Source: Podospora anserina
Lineage: Eukaryota
DNA: 64,000 nt
NCBI GenBank assembly: GCA_017654855.1
Contig: CM030338.1
Span: 372,001 to 436,000, forward strand
Reading direction: 5' to 3'
Shown here: one piece after another, positions 36,258-47,754 of the stretch
Layout: each line of letters begins with the position of its first letter
Position numbering within the stretch: position 1 is the stretch's first letter
Made by a program: the position numbers and the translations under genes
Notes under the pieces: generated by a model
Databases searched by the model: none
What the model was told of the DNA's origin: nothing
The model's input: only the letters and a program-made list of their open reading frames with translations

Positions 36258-36780
36258 AATATGAGACGAGGTTCAGGGCTCGAGATGACATGAGAGCGCC
36301 TGATTTACGTTGAAGAAGCTCCATCCCATAGGTAGAACAATCGCTATGAAGGTCTGGAATACAATGAATTAAAAAAAGAGCTGCATATGGCATTGTACCT
36401 GGCACACGTGATTCTCATTGGGAAGAGGTCAGAGAAACTCGACATTCACAATGTGCTGAGGCGTGCCAATACATCTTTCTTGGTATCTGTATATGCAGTG
36501 AACTTCTAATGTCTCAAGCCAACGGCTCTGGTCCCCTCAGGCCTAAACAGTTACACACTAATTGAGTTAGCAGAAGGAACCTTCCAGACTGATGAATTCT
36601 GTTTAGCAGCCTTCGATACCTACTAACCTTCCTTGCCCTATATATCCCGAGTGTTCCGCGAAGAATACACTGTTGAACGCTGTCATACTCTAGTATTGCT
36701 CAGCTTGTTCTCACCTATTTGATCACCCGAAGAGATTTGTTTTGCGGAGCGAAAGGCCACCACATTACTCACTCATCACC

Positions 36781-37941
36781 ATGACACCCCAAGTGACAAA
36801 AAGAAAGCGAAAAACTTCTACCGCGGATCCCACTTCCACAGGTACTGGTCGGGCACTCCACTTCAAACCAGATATTCTACTGCTTCGCTTCGACTACACC
36901 GATCATCCAACCCTAAATCAGGAAATCGATGACCTCCACAAGGCATTCGAAAGCAAGGGCTGTACAGCGAGTGTGCTTGTCATTCCGATGAAGAACTCAT
37001 GGGACTCCATACGGCCAACAGTGCTATATCACCTATCAGTCTATGAACACGGCCAGGCTCGGAACAAAATCATCATTCTGTCTTCACATGGTGGCTGGTC
37101 AGTCAATACAGGACTGTCGTTCTCAAGGTAACTGGCCGATACTTATGTAAGGTGTGCATGACTGTGCCACAAGGTGCTGATAGTTGTTCAGTCACAATGT
37201 CCCCAGGCAGATGAAGAGACTCCGATCAGACGTTTTGACTCTACTTCGGCTTCATGCAGAGCAGCATGACAATAGTGTGAACCAAGACATGCGAGACCGG
37301 CAAGCCTCACAGGCGGCCATTCTCATCGAGGGAATATGAGTGCTTACATACTCATGATTCCACCTAGGACCTTTTCTTCCAACTAAAGTCCTAATTGTAG
37401 CAAGCAACGCTACCAACCCGAAGCATCTTTCCAGTGGTCTCATCTCAAGGGCTTGATTCGGAGCGCAAAGTGCCATGTGCTTGTTGTCCTCGACTGCTGC
37501 GCGGCTGGTGGAGCACTTTTTTTGCAAAGTGACAACCAGATTGATCGCTTTGAGAGGTCCGAGAAATATGCCAAGTCGGTCATCTATGCTTGCCCATGGA
37601 AGGGAACGACGACTGGGGAACTGAGCACGGCGCTTTTGCAAGTGATCAACAATTGGAGACCGGATACCACCAATCTATCGGCAGGGACGATTGTTGAAGA
37701 TGTCGGACTGATCCTGGCAACAAAGATGCTGAAAGCCCAGAGAGAACTCACTAAGCAGAACCGCGGGGACAAAAGGTCGGACTGCTCAGACGGAGAGAGG
37801 TCGCTCTCGCAGCCAGGACTCTTTGATCTGCACAGCGCAAGGGACGACGGAACAAAAGAGCAGTTTCTTCTGACAGGCAGAGAACTCAAGATTCCTACGC
37901 TCAAAAAAAACAAAAAACAAAAAAAAGAAGCCCGCGACTGA
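36781..37941 (+). pseudogene. Caspase/metacaspase-fold (peptidase C14-like) gene with a defective second splice donor
   Basis: IIILSSHGG (His-Gly) in exon 1 and VLVVLDCCAAG in exon 3. Intron 1 37128-37191 is GT-AG. Intron 2 37336-37400 starts ATGAGT rather than GTGAGT, leaving an in-frame TGA. Confidence 0.6.
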
Positions 37942-38290
37942 TGGCACGGATATACCATGGTAACCGATCATCATCATCGATCCAAGAGAAAGTCAATTGA
38001 AAGTTGCATTAGGATAGTTGGAGCCAGACCTTCGCGCAGATGAACCTTAATAAATCCTGGCTTTATTTTTGAACTTTTCTGACGGTTTAAACCACCTTCT
38101 AGGCGCACATGTGGCTTGCGATGACTATACCTGCGGTGTAAGGTAGGTAAGGTAGGCTTAAATAGCGGGCGCCCACCACAACCTTCAACAGTCACCTGCC
38201 CAGAGACATCCAATTCAACCAGCGGGCACCGAAAGACAGATCGCTCTTTTCGCATTAAAATTACTGCATACAGCACCGAACAAAGCCAAA

Positions 38291-39300
38291 ATGTCGGCCA
38301 ACAATCGTGCTGAATCCAGTTGGATTTCTGACCTCAGCAGCGCGTTGCCCACACCGTCCCATAATCCAACCACCGCTTCCTTGGAGTCCTCCATCATCGC
38401 CTTAATCTACGGCTCCAATCGTATCGAAACTGCCGGCACAACACTTCATATACTGCCGAACTCTGTCGCGAGATCTTTCGCAACCCACCACCCAACCGCG
38501 CCGAAGCAGAGTCCAATAAATTTACAGCCACAACCCCCTCTCATCACCGTGACGCCGTCCTAGCCGATCTCGCCCTGAACGGTCGCAAGTCCGCCGACCT
38601 CGAACGCGCCTACAAGGAAGTCGCTCAGCACGCCGAAGCCTTGGTTCACCTTGTCAACCACATCATTCTGCGAAACGAGCGCTGGTCAGAAGAGCTTATC
38701 CTCCAAACCCATCGCATCCTCTGCAACCAACTCAGCACAGGTAGCCGCTCTGCCAAAGAAAATGACGAGATCGGCGCGGGCAAATACAGGACCCACGAGG
38801 CCGCTGTGAAATACGATCTAAAAGGTGGTGGGAAACCAAAAAAGACACTCTGCATACGAGCCAACGCCGTGCCGTCGTATATGAAAGAATTTGTCGATAT
38901 GCTGAACCAGGACTGCACGGAACAGAGGGCTTACAGCGAGCCGTATGAGCTTGCGGCGAGATATCACCACAAATTTGCCTTCATTCATCCTTTTGGGGAT
39001 GGAAATGGGAGGATGGGCCGCCTGGTGTTGAATACTCTGATGTTGAAGTACGCAGGTCATGTCATTGTCCTGGGAAGTGAGCCGCTGTGGGGAGAGAAGA
39101 GTGAGGAATTGGATGTGGAGGATTTGACGGAGGATCAGAAGGTACATGCGATTGAGAAGAGGGCTCAGAGGGAGTATATTGATATGGTCTCCTGGGGAGG
39201 CAGAGTGTTTCAAAAGGAGGATTTGTAGGTTGAGCCGGAAAGCCAAACGTGGCATGATGAGTGTACGGGGTTGTTGCAAGATTTTTTCAGGAAGCCATGA
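38291..39300 (+). pseudogene. Fic/DOC-domain AMPylase-family gene, frameshifted
   Basis: Catalytic motif HPFGDGNGRMGR intact. The N-terminal IYGSNRIETAG segment is in a different frame (shift ~38449). TAG 39226-39228 is followed by further protein-like codons to 39300. Confidence 0.8.
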
Positions 39301-39536
39301 AACATATTTTGGGTTCATAATCGAGGATGGTGAGGCCCTCAACGTGAGGGTCAGCAGTGATATTGACGGGGGCTCTATACCTACCACGCCCGATACAACA
39401 CTTTTCATGCCGGTCTTCATAGTTCAGCGAGTCTTTTATTCATCTTGCAAAACCACCAAAGGCTCCTAGCCCGATAGTGTCGATAGTAACTTGCAGCGAT
39501 AACAGATATCGTGAAAATTCAGTGCACCTCCCAACA

Positions 39537-41522
39537 TCAACCAGAAGAACGCATGACCTCGTGACAGAAATGCCAGTAGCTGATCCTTGGCTCTTTGCCT
39601 CCCCTCTCCTCTCTTTCCCAAACCTCTAGAGGCTTATTCAGGACTTCATGTGATACTTCGTGAAAGTAATCGATGGTAGGAGATTGTGCATCACTGTCAT
39701 CGCCAGTGTGGGGTTCGGGGGCTTCCAGAGGATCGAGTCGAGTGCTGCAAGCGCTGAAACTCATCTTCTTGTAATACCGGTCATCCCCCAGCACCATTTT
39801 CTCCGCCGCTTCCTTGAGCCTGTTTTCCTGAGATCTGATGAAGGCATAGTACTTTTGCACATCAGTTGCCATCATGGTCATGGTATCCTCCGTGTACGCC
39901 CAAGGATAGGCCAAGTGAGCGTAGAATCGATGCAGAGGGCCACGACGGCTATCCTGAAACCGGGCAAGAGGGCTCAAGATGTTGTGGTAGGCCTGCTCGA
40001 TCTGCCTTCCTTGATCGACAGTCAACCTGTCGTGACCAACTGGTGGGGTGCCCGGGGGATTAATCGTGATGACTCTCAGGGTGAGACCTGGGCCGTTGAT
40101 CTTGTCGTTGACATACTTAACCGTGTCGACCCAATCTGTAATGGCCGGGTGGTCAGGGCTGCTGGGCCAAGAGTGATGCATGTAGGCAGGGAACACAAGC
40201 TCAAGAAAGCGAAGAGACGCGAGGCTGTTGGGGGGCACTTGATCCCTCAGAAATCTACTAGCCGTGAGCCGAGTGTTTGGGTAGGTGTCCACCCAGGGCA
40301 GAGATGGTATGATGTCAGGGTCCAGCATGTCGCCATAGTCGTGAACGATGAACCGGTTGGTGGAAAAGAACACGTGCTGAGCCTCGTAGTACAGAGTTCG
40401 GCATACGAGGAAGAGGTCTGTTGGCGGAGCCCAGCATCGACAGTGCGATGAGACGGCAGTGTGTTGCAAACGACAAAAGCAGCCGGCGTGGTAGTTCCCG
40501 GGTGTGATACACTCAAGCCAGCAGTTGTTGAACCGGCATCCGTGGTGATGGTCACGACGGCAAGAAATATGCAGGTCGTTATTGTAGCCCGCCTGGTGCC
40601 GCATCGAATATGTCGGTCGATTCGCCCTATAGGCCTGCCCATCCCATGATACCTCTTTGATGGGGGTAACTAGATTGGTGAAACCCAAGATCCGGAGCCT
40701 CAACTCACGAGGAAGGTCAAGGAAGTGCGAGGCAACTTGTGAAGAACTTGCGGCTGAACACTGGGTTCTTGGGAGAGGTACGAGTCCAAGACACTTCTGG
40801 ACCACTTCATCTACCAGGTTTTGCAGCTCAAAGTCCGGCCTATTCCCAAGTCTGACATGGCAGCCTTTGAGACGGGGCAGCGTAAGGAGAGGCGCGAGAG
40901 CAAGCTTTCCCGCCTCAACATCTCCATGATCAACGTCGCAGACGAAAAAAAGCGTCAGGCGATCTTGTGGTATCTCCGAAAGATGGCGTGCTGCTGCCTC
41001 CCACTTCAACAGCAGAGACAGGGCAGACGGATCTGTGCTGCGCAAAGGGGGCTGGTGAGCTTTGCTGTGGGTCCTTTCACACCAGGATCTTCTGACAGAG
41101 GGGAGCTCGTCGGTTGCCAGGCAGCAGTCAGCAACGTTGTCCCCTCCTGAAGTCTCTTGATGGCAGGATGTATGGTTTAGTACCACCTTGAGGCAGGTCA
41201 GCGAACCCAGAGCTGTACCTGTCAGGGCCAACAGTGGGTCGGAAGGGCCTGGGGAAGAGTGAATGACGAAGATGTTTTCGGCGTACAGCAGACCAGCGGC
41301 CTCTTTATAGATTGTACGGCATGATAGCAAAAGACCATGAAATCCAAGATGTCGTTTTACCAGCTTATCCGTTGCGGAGATATGGTGGTTGCGGTGTAAG
41401 TTGAAGACAAGACTTGCAGCGACATGCTCTGTAGCTGCGACGCCCATGAACTCGTAAATGCGGCGGCGTGTCTTGGGCGAGAGGCGCAGCAGCGGGTTCG
41501 CACGATCAGACCGTAGCAGCAT
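39537..41522 (-). CDS. Fungal hypothetical protein with two F-box-like/2EXR-like motifs and a Cys/His-rich insert
   Basis: LLRLSPKTRRRIY and FLDLPRELRLRIL motifs, each followed by LLxCRxxYxEA...F/Y.xN.F; GCFCRLQH...CRCW cluster. Long intact ORF; first ATG taken as start. Confidence 0.75.
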   Translation of the reverse strand: MLLRSDRANPLLRLSPKTRRRIYEFMGVAATEHVAASLVFNLHRNHHISATDKLVKRHLGFHGLLLSCRTIYKEAAGLLYAENIFVIHSSPGPSDPLLALTGTALGSLTCLKVVLNHTSCHQETSGGDNVADCCLATDELPSVRRSWCERTHSKAHQPPLRSTDPSALSLLLKWEAAARHLSEIPQDRLTLFFVCDVDHGDVEAGKLALAPLLTLPRLKGCHVRLGNRPDFELQNLVDEVVQKCLGLVPLPRTQCSAASSSQVASHFLDLPRELRLRILGFTNLVTPIKEVSWDGQAYRANRPTYSMRHQAGYNNDLHISCRRDHHHGCRFNNCWLECITPGNYHAGCFCRLQHTAVSSHCRCWAPPTDLFLVCRTLYYEAQHVFFSTNRFIVHDYGDMLDPDIIPSLPWVDTYPNTRLTASRFLRDQVPPNSLASLRFLELVFPAYMHHSWPSSPDHPAITDWVDTVKYVNDKINGPGLTLRVITINPPGTPPVGHDRLTVDQGRQIEQAYHNILSPLARFQDSRRGPLHRFYAHLAYPWAYTEDTMTMMATDVQKYYAFIRSQENRLKEAAEKMVLGDDRYYKKMSFSACSTRLDPLEAPEPHTGDDSDAQSPTIDYFHEVSHEVLNKPLEVWEREERGGKEPRISYWHFCHEVMRSSG

Positions 41523-41847
41523 GGCTGAGAGACGGCTGTTTGTTTCGATGTTGGACAAAAGTGAAAGAAAACCATGACTTCACCTGTTTTGCAGAAGTTT
41601 TCCAGGTGCCTTACCTAGGTAGGTATGCAGGTGTTCAGTGCGGTCGTTGCTTTGGCCAGAGGCAAATGCGTCCCGCATGATATTTGCTTGATCGCCAACA
41701 ACCCCTGACCGCATTTTAACTTGTTTGGTCCTAGCAGCAGGCCATCGCCTGGTCCACACTGTGTCACCAAACAGGAACCAACGGCTGTATTATTTTTTGT
41801 TTTATTTACAAATCCGTTTTCGACGAAGGGTGCGAGGCGATTCTCAG

Positions 41848-43648
41848 TCAGTATTCATCAGCCCAAAGCAGTTCCAGCTTCTGGTTGTACAGCCAGTTAC
41901 TCTCCAGCGGCTCCTCTCGCTCCCGAGATTGTCTCTCGTAATGCTCATCACCTAGCACATATCGCTCCCATCGCTCCTTTAACTCGCACTCATCCTCATC
42001 CATCATGGAACTCCGGTTTAAATAGGCTTTTGACAATTGCCAGGGCACTGGGAAATGGCAATAAAACCTTCCCAGTCCTCCCGGTTCGGCCCCGGTATCC
42101 ATGCCCCAAGACGCAAATGGTGCCATGATGCGTGCATAGCCATCCAAAATCATGTCGCCCTGGATCTTTGTTAAAGTCGCGTGGCTCTCTGGCCAATAAC
42201 CGTTCGGATCCCCCACACATAGAGCCGCAGCGTCAGGGCTGGAAAATTTAACTTGCTATATGCCCATGCCATGGTCTCGGTCCAGTCCTGTGAAGCCAAA
42301 TGGTTTGCTCGGGGCCATGTGAGGTAGCTGAACGGCGGAAGTACGAGTTCCAGAAAGCGAAGATGAGATAGGCACTTTTCGGTAACCACCACTTGCTTTA
42401 AAAAGTCGCAGGCTGCAAAGCTACTATGGGGGTAATCGACTAGATCGGGAATATAGCTAAAGTCGTCCCAAATAACGAAGCGGTTGCGGGAAAAGAAGAT
42501 GTGTTGAGCTTCATCGCAAAGCTTCCGGCAAACGAGAAACAAGTCCGTAGGGGGGCCCCAGCATCTGCAGGATGATGAGACAGAGGTGTGATGAAGGCAG
42601 CAGAAACATCCTATCGGAGCTCTCTGGCCTGAACTCTCCCAACACCAACCGAAACGGTAACCATCCAGAAACTTTGGAGGGCATTGAAGGTCGATGGCTG
42701 CGTATCTGGGTTTCATCTCACTGGCCCAGTATCGTTCGCGACGAGCACCCCAATTGATCTCTTTGAGAGGAGTCACAAGATCGGTGTACTCGAGAATGCG
42801 TAGTCGTATTTCGCGCGGGAGGTTGAGCACATGACAAACAGTCGTTTGTCTACTGCCGAGTATGTTGGAACGAGGTTGCATGTTGCCAGTCAGGTCGGCC
42901 ACCACGGATTCCAACATGCGTTGTACTTTTGGCTCTCGAGCTGCCGACAACCTAACGTGACAATCCTTCAGGCGAGGAAGAGAGCGGATTGATGTCATGA
43001 CAGCCATAGCAATACGTGAGTCCTGGTAAGCAACGTCGCATACAAGAGCAAGCTCCAGACGGCCTGCTGTTACCCCCTGGGATAAGTAGGCAACGGCAAC
43101 CTGCCACTCTTCCAGGATCAACTGGGACCGAATATCATCGCTCTTCAAAGGTGGATTGTGTGATGCCTGCCACTCTCGATCCCCTGGGTATCTCGCAGCA
43201 CGAGGCATGCACACGTCCCTTGCGCAAGCATCCTCAGACCTAACATTCCACCCAGAAGAAAGAGGGGGCTTACGGCAGCAGCCAACGAAAACCTTATCAT
43301 GGCATGCAGCCTGGTTGAGGACAATCTTGAGGCAAGTTAAAGAGGCCAGCGCGGTAGTTGGCAAGGAAAGTAGCGACCTCAAAGAGCCAGGCCCGGAGTA
43401 ACAGATAACAAATATGCTTCTGGAATACAGCAAGCTCGTCATCTCGTCGTGAACGGACTTGCAAGTGTGCAGCAAGCTCCAAATGCTCCTCTCACCCCCT
43501 CATTGTCTTGAGGCTCTCCACAGCTGTTGAGATGGAAAATCAATCCTAGTGTGGTAGAATAGGGAGAGCTGGCGCGAGTACATAGGTAATAGATATGATT
43601 TCGGACGCTAATCGGAAGTCGAAATAAAGGACTGTGTAGGGTAGACAT
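41848..43648 (-). pseudogene. Tandem paralogue of the 39537-41522 gene, two frameshifts
   Basis: Three ORF pieces (43439-43783, 42171-43475, 41848-42216) align consecutively to the neighbour. Frame breaks near 43480 and 42215 lack intron signals. Confidence 0.78.
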
Positions 43649-44463
43649 AATGGCGGTAGTTGGGATATCGAAGAAGCTTGGAGTTATTGCCCGCATGTTG
43701 GGGAGAAAACTTTGAACGCGGCGCAACGACAGGAGCCACAGTGCTAACACTGTGCATATAACTGTGAAGTCGACTGTGCCCAATGCCGGCGAAGGTTGTT
43801 ACATATTCACGGTCGATTCAGGTTATTAATTACACTGAGTATATTTGACTTGTCGACCCCAGGCCAAGGACGAACAGGCATTTGACTATCAGATATAATC
43901 CATGCAAACCAACAACGCACATAGGATACCTAACTTCTGAACCAATGCCTGCGTTGGCATTTCGTTTAAACTACATGTGCACCCACTGTACATAGGTTCG
44001 ACCGCATGGTCACGGCGGTCCCGGGCTCCAAGAGACCGACAATGCGGTGTTTACCCACCTAGGTAGGTAGGCGAAGACCCCGTCGACCTGTTTTGAATCA
44101 GGCATGTCGTTATCGAAACTCGATGTCTTGAACATCAAATCTACACCCGGAAATACTTACTTAAAGTCCACGATCCTCTGTATGTGAGCCTTCTTGCTAA
44201 GTCTTAAAGTACAATATTCATTTTCCTTGACGTTGATCAGCTTACACTATCTATTCATTTTCCTCGCTGGCGAGGTTCATGCTCGAATCATACCCTAGCG
44301 GGCAAAGCTCTTCTCAGAACATATTGGTCCCTGTGGCACTATTCATATATCCCCTTTCTTTACCATCGACCCTTTGATTCCCCTTGCTCTGTCAGACTTG
44401 TTCGACATTGTCCATATACCAGGTACCGGCTTACAACCACCTACATCCAACAGGGGCTTCGAT

Positions 44464-46172
44464 ATGAATTTTCTTGGCAGTATTCCGCCTAGCCTAGAGC
44501 TCAAACGTCCCGAGAATGGAATAGGGTTGAACGAGGCAACTTGGTACCGAAGCTGGATCGTCTACTCAAAGCCCAGCTGGCGTGATCTAGAAGACATCGG
44601 ACGCTGGGCGTACGACGACATCAACTGGGAAATACAGAATGCAACACGCGTGAACCCGGGCGCCTACACCCGCAAAGATACCTTAGTTGCTATTTTATGC
44701 CACCAGGAGAAGCGTGGACAGTATTGCATCAGGCAGTCAATGATCCCTCGAGGGCGGGTCTGAGAAGGCATGAGGGACTTTGGGCCGAGTAAAGCGCCAT
44801 CCTGGTGGAATGCTAATAGCATACCGGGAAGACCGGGCCCAGTTTTCCCTGGTGGATATCATGCAGAAGATGCTGTTTTATTTCGCCATGAAAGGGAATG
44901 GCGAAAAGCACACCCCACCCGTGATCCTTTCGACGATGGGCGTCTCCGGATGTACGTCTATGGGCTCCAGGCAACATTGCAGGGAAACGCCCTAACGTAG
45001 CACGCCAGGTTAACCCATGTTCCAAGAGCCAGTCCAAGCAGCCGCGTTGCCAAGATGTACTGGCGGATTTGCGTGTACAGTTCTTGGTACGAGAGAGGGT
45101 AACGGCGAGGAGCAGGGATGCCCAGGCCGACACAGGAAGTGTTATTAGCGGGACCAGTAGTCTCAGCAATCCAAGGAGCGAGCAGAGTTCCAGGAGCTTT
45201 GGCAGAGGACCCGATGTGTACGACACTGGTATTCCCCTCACGGCTGACGACTGGGCCGAGATTGACCCAAACAAGTACGACGTTGGTATACCGCTGAGCT
45301 CCCAGGATTGGAACTCATTATTAGATACATCACTTCCGGCAACAAGGGGCGAACCCGACTCCGATCAATACCGGGGACGTGGGAGTGATGGACCATCAGC
45401 ACCACCGCGCTCCAGATCACGCCACTCCAACGACCGGATTCGGCGATACGAGGACAACCGTATTAAGAGGGAGCCCTCACGATATTAACAGGAACCCTCA
45501 CGATATGAACAGAAACCCTCACGATATGAACAGGAACCCTCACGATACAGCTCGCGAAAGAAAGGCCGGGCAACTGATGAGGACTATGATAGCTATGGCC
45601 AAGAACATCCCAGCAGCTCAAAGACGAAGCACGACTACCACAGTAAATATCAGTACGATGGCTCTGGATATTCCGGTGGTAGTTACAGCCGTGCGCTCCC
45701 TCCCCGTTCAGGGGGCGATGATGTATACCTTGATCTGGTCAAAGAGCGTGGCTCTGCGAAAAAGACCCCAGTCCTGACCTCTGGACTGGAAAAGACAATG
45801 GGGCGGTTGGACCTTCGAGAGACGCGGTCGCCCAAACTGTCAGCCGAGCAGACGGTGGGCAGACCCAAGTCCAACGCCACCCCATCCGATATTTCACCCA
45901 AAGTGTCGGCCGGTCGATCTTTAACAGCAGGACTCACGCAAGAAAGAAAACCGGAAAGAACCAACCAAAGCCTTATTTCCCCTTCTCGTATCTCGCAAAC
46001 AGGATCAAGCGTAACGGTTCCAACGAAATCAACATCCATCATTCCGCTAACTCGTGACTTGACTAACAATGTCCAATCTGCCAACAAACCGCAGACATCA
46101 GCTACTCGACCCGCCCTATCCATTGGCGACAGGAGCAGCAAAGGCAACTCTGCTGCAACGCGATCTGTTTAA
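44464..46172 (+). pseudogene. Disrupted paralogue of the deaminase-like gene at 49983-51188
   Basis: Reconstruction keeps QSMIPRG, WW, YHAEDAV, RMYVYG, PC-x9-CQD. Broken by TGA 44761-44763, a frameshift ~44965-44997 and TAA 45486-45488. Confidence 0.75.
45465..45548 (+). repeat. 21-bp tandem repeat x4 (consensus GAACAGGAACCCTCACGATAT), encoding EQEPSRY units
   Basis: Four adjacent units read directly. One unit begins TAA where the others have GAA. Confidence 0.9.
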
Positions 46173-46686
46173 ACCACTTCTGCTTCTACCACAAACCAGC
46201 GCAATAAGATAGACAGCCCACCGACGAGCAGGACCGCCCGAAATTCTGGGTCCGCTACGGGGTCTCTTGATCGAACCAATCGGCGTAACCCCGAAGGAGC
46301 TTTGCAGTCTCGGGCAGTAGCGGAAGTGAGGCGAGTAGAACGTCAAGTGAGACTGACACCTCATTGATTCCATTTTACAGGTAGGTACCGCGAGATGGTT
46401 GAACAGTTTTGGATACGCCTTCTGGACAGGATATTGATGTAGTTTTGCTGTTGCGTTCTTTTTGCGTTTTTTGTGGTTTTGCAATTTCTTTGATCTCCTT
46501 GGTTCCTTTTCTTTTTATTTTTTTATCTTTCTTTTTGTTCTGGCTAGAATGTCGTGTTCATTGTCTCTGAGTTTGAATTTCATTTTGTTGTATGGTAGTG
46601 TTAATGCATTTCTATTGGCTTGGTGCTGGAGTGCTATTGTACATGAGTTTTCTTGCTTTGATCACGCCTGTGTACCGAGATAGAAA

Positions 46687-47754
46687 TTAGTTGCTCGTGT
46701 TCCAACCAAGCTCTGCTCCTGTACTACGCCCTTCTGTGTTCGTCCGGGAAACAACTGGTCGTCTGGTAGACTTGACATGCAGATACCCAGCAAAAGGTAT
46801 TGAGGGCGTTGTCCCATCTACTGGTAGCGATCCACTGCTCGAGAGAGGAAACGGCGGGGGTGGCATAAGACCAACATCCCTGTGAGGCTGGTAGTGCACT
46901 GGCCCTTGAAGAGGGATAGGTGATTCGAAGTCCCCAGCCATGTCTGTTGAGCCCATTTCTGACGTGGGCAACGTCGGCATGCCGGTGTTGAGAGGGCCTC
47001 GCGGGAGTAGCAACGGAGCTTCGCGGCCTTTCTGAGATGCCCGACTCTCTTTCCGCCATCGATTTGTATGCGAGCGGGCGTTGGACTGAATGGTGCGGAT
47101 GCCAGCCGACATACACGCCGCCTCAACCACCTCCCATTTCTCCCCCACCCGATCCGCCAGCGGAGTCCAAATCTGCTTACGCAGGGCCATGTAATCGTGA
47201 GAAATGCGCTCTAGCCTTTGACTGTCTTGTTCAAGTGCGCCTCGTCTCTCCATAAGCCGTTCGTATCGTTTGCGGCACGCATTAGCCGTCTTGGTCGGAA
47301 AGTAGGTTCGTTGCAATTCCACCCAGTGCTTGCCACGGGACCGCGCCAGTACAAGCGTTCTATCATCCGCCGCACTCCAAGTTCCGTAGTTGTAGGCTGA
47401 GTGAGAGTACTCTGGAACAACAACATCATCTTCTGGGGGCAGTTCCCCTTCCCCCTCTGTATCTCTGTTTTTGTCCTTGTATCCTGCAGTGGCTCTGGAG
47501 CTTTCGTTCTCGCTAGACGTTCTCGGCGCTGGCAATGGTATCCCATCATATGAAGTGACTGGAGGCGCCATTATCGACTGCAAGGAGTACTGCCAGCTTG
47601 GCTCTTGCGAAATAGTCGGCTGTGGCGCATGTGACGAGGCCCCATGATAGCTGATCTGGTCGTCGGTAATCCAGCCCCTGGAAGATCCGGGTTCCTCTAT
47701 TAACGGAGGTTCTCCACTTCTGGTTGGGGGCTGAAGGCTTCGTGGTCTTGACAT
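46687..47754 (-). CDS. Myb/SANT-like DNA-binding domain protein
   Basis: GTWSAADDRTLVLARSRGKHWVELQRTYFPTKTANACRKRYERL motif, followed by WTPLADRVGEKWEVVEAACM. Confidence 0.82.
   Translation of the reverse strand: MSRPRSLQPPTRSGEPPLIEEPGSSRGWITDDQISYHGASSHAPQPTISQEPSWQYSLQSIMAPPVTSYDGIPLPAPRTSSENESSRATAGYKDKNRDTEGEGELPPEDDVVVPEYSHSAYNYGTWSAADDRTLVLARSRGKHWVELQRTYFPTKTANACRKRYERLMERRGALEQDSQRLERISHDYMALRKQIWTPLADRVGEKWEVVEAACMSAGIRTIQSNARSHTNRWRKESRASQKGREAPLLLPRGPLNTGMPTLPTSEMGSTDMAGDFESPIPLQGPVHYQPHRDVGLMPPPPFPLSSSGSLPVDGTTPSIPFAGYLHVKSTRRPVVSRTNTEGRSTGAELGWNTSN

Noticed and set aside
45465-45548. Repeat array considered as CRISPR-like
   Set aside because: Head-to-tail 21-bp coding minisatellite without spacers, in a eukaryotic gene.
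10385-46172. RIP as the cause of the pseudogenes
   Set aside because: Lesions are mostly indels and inferred C>A/G>T transversions, and the genes are not visibly TpA-enriched. Only the MITE interior looks RIP-like.
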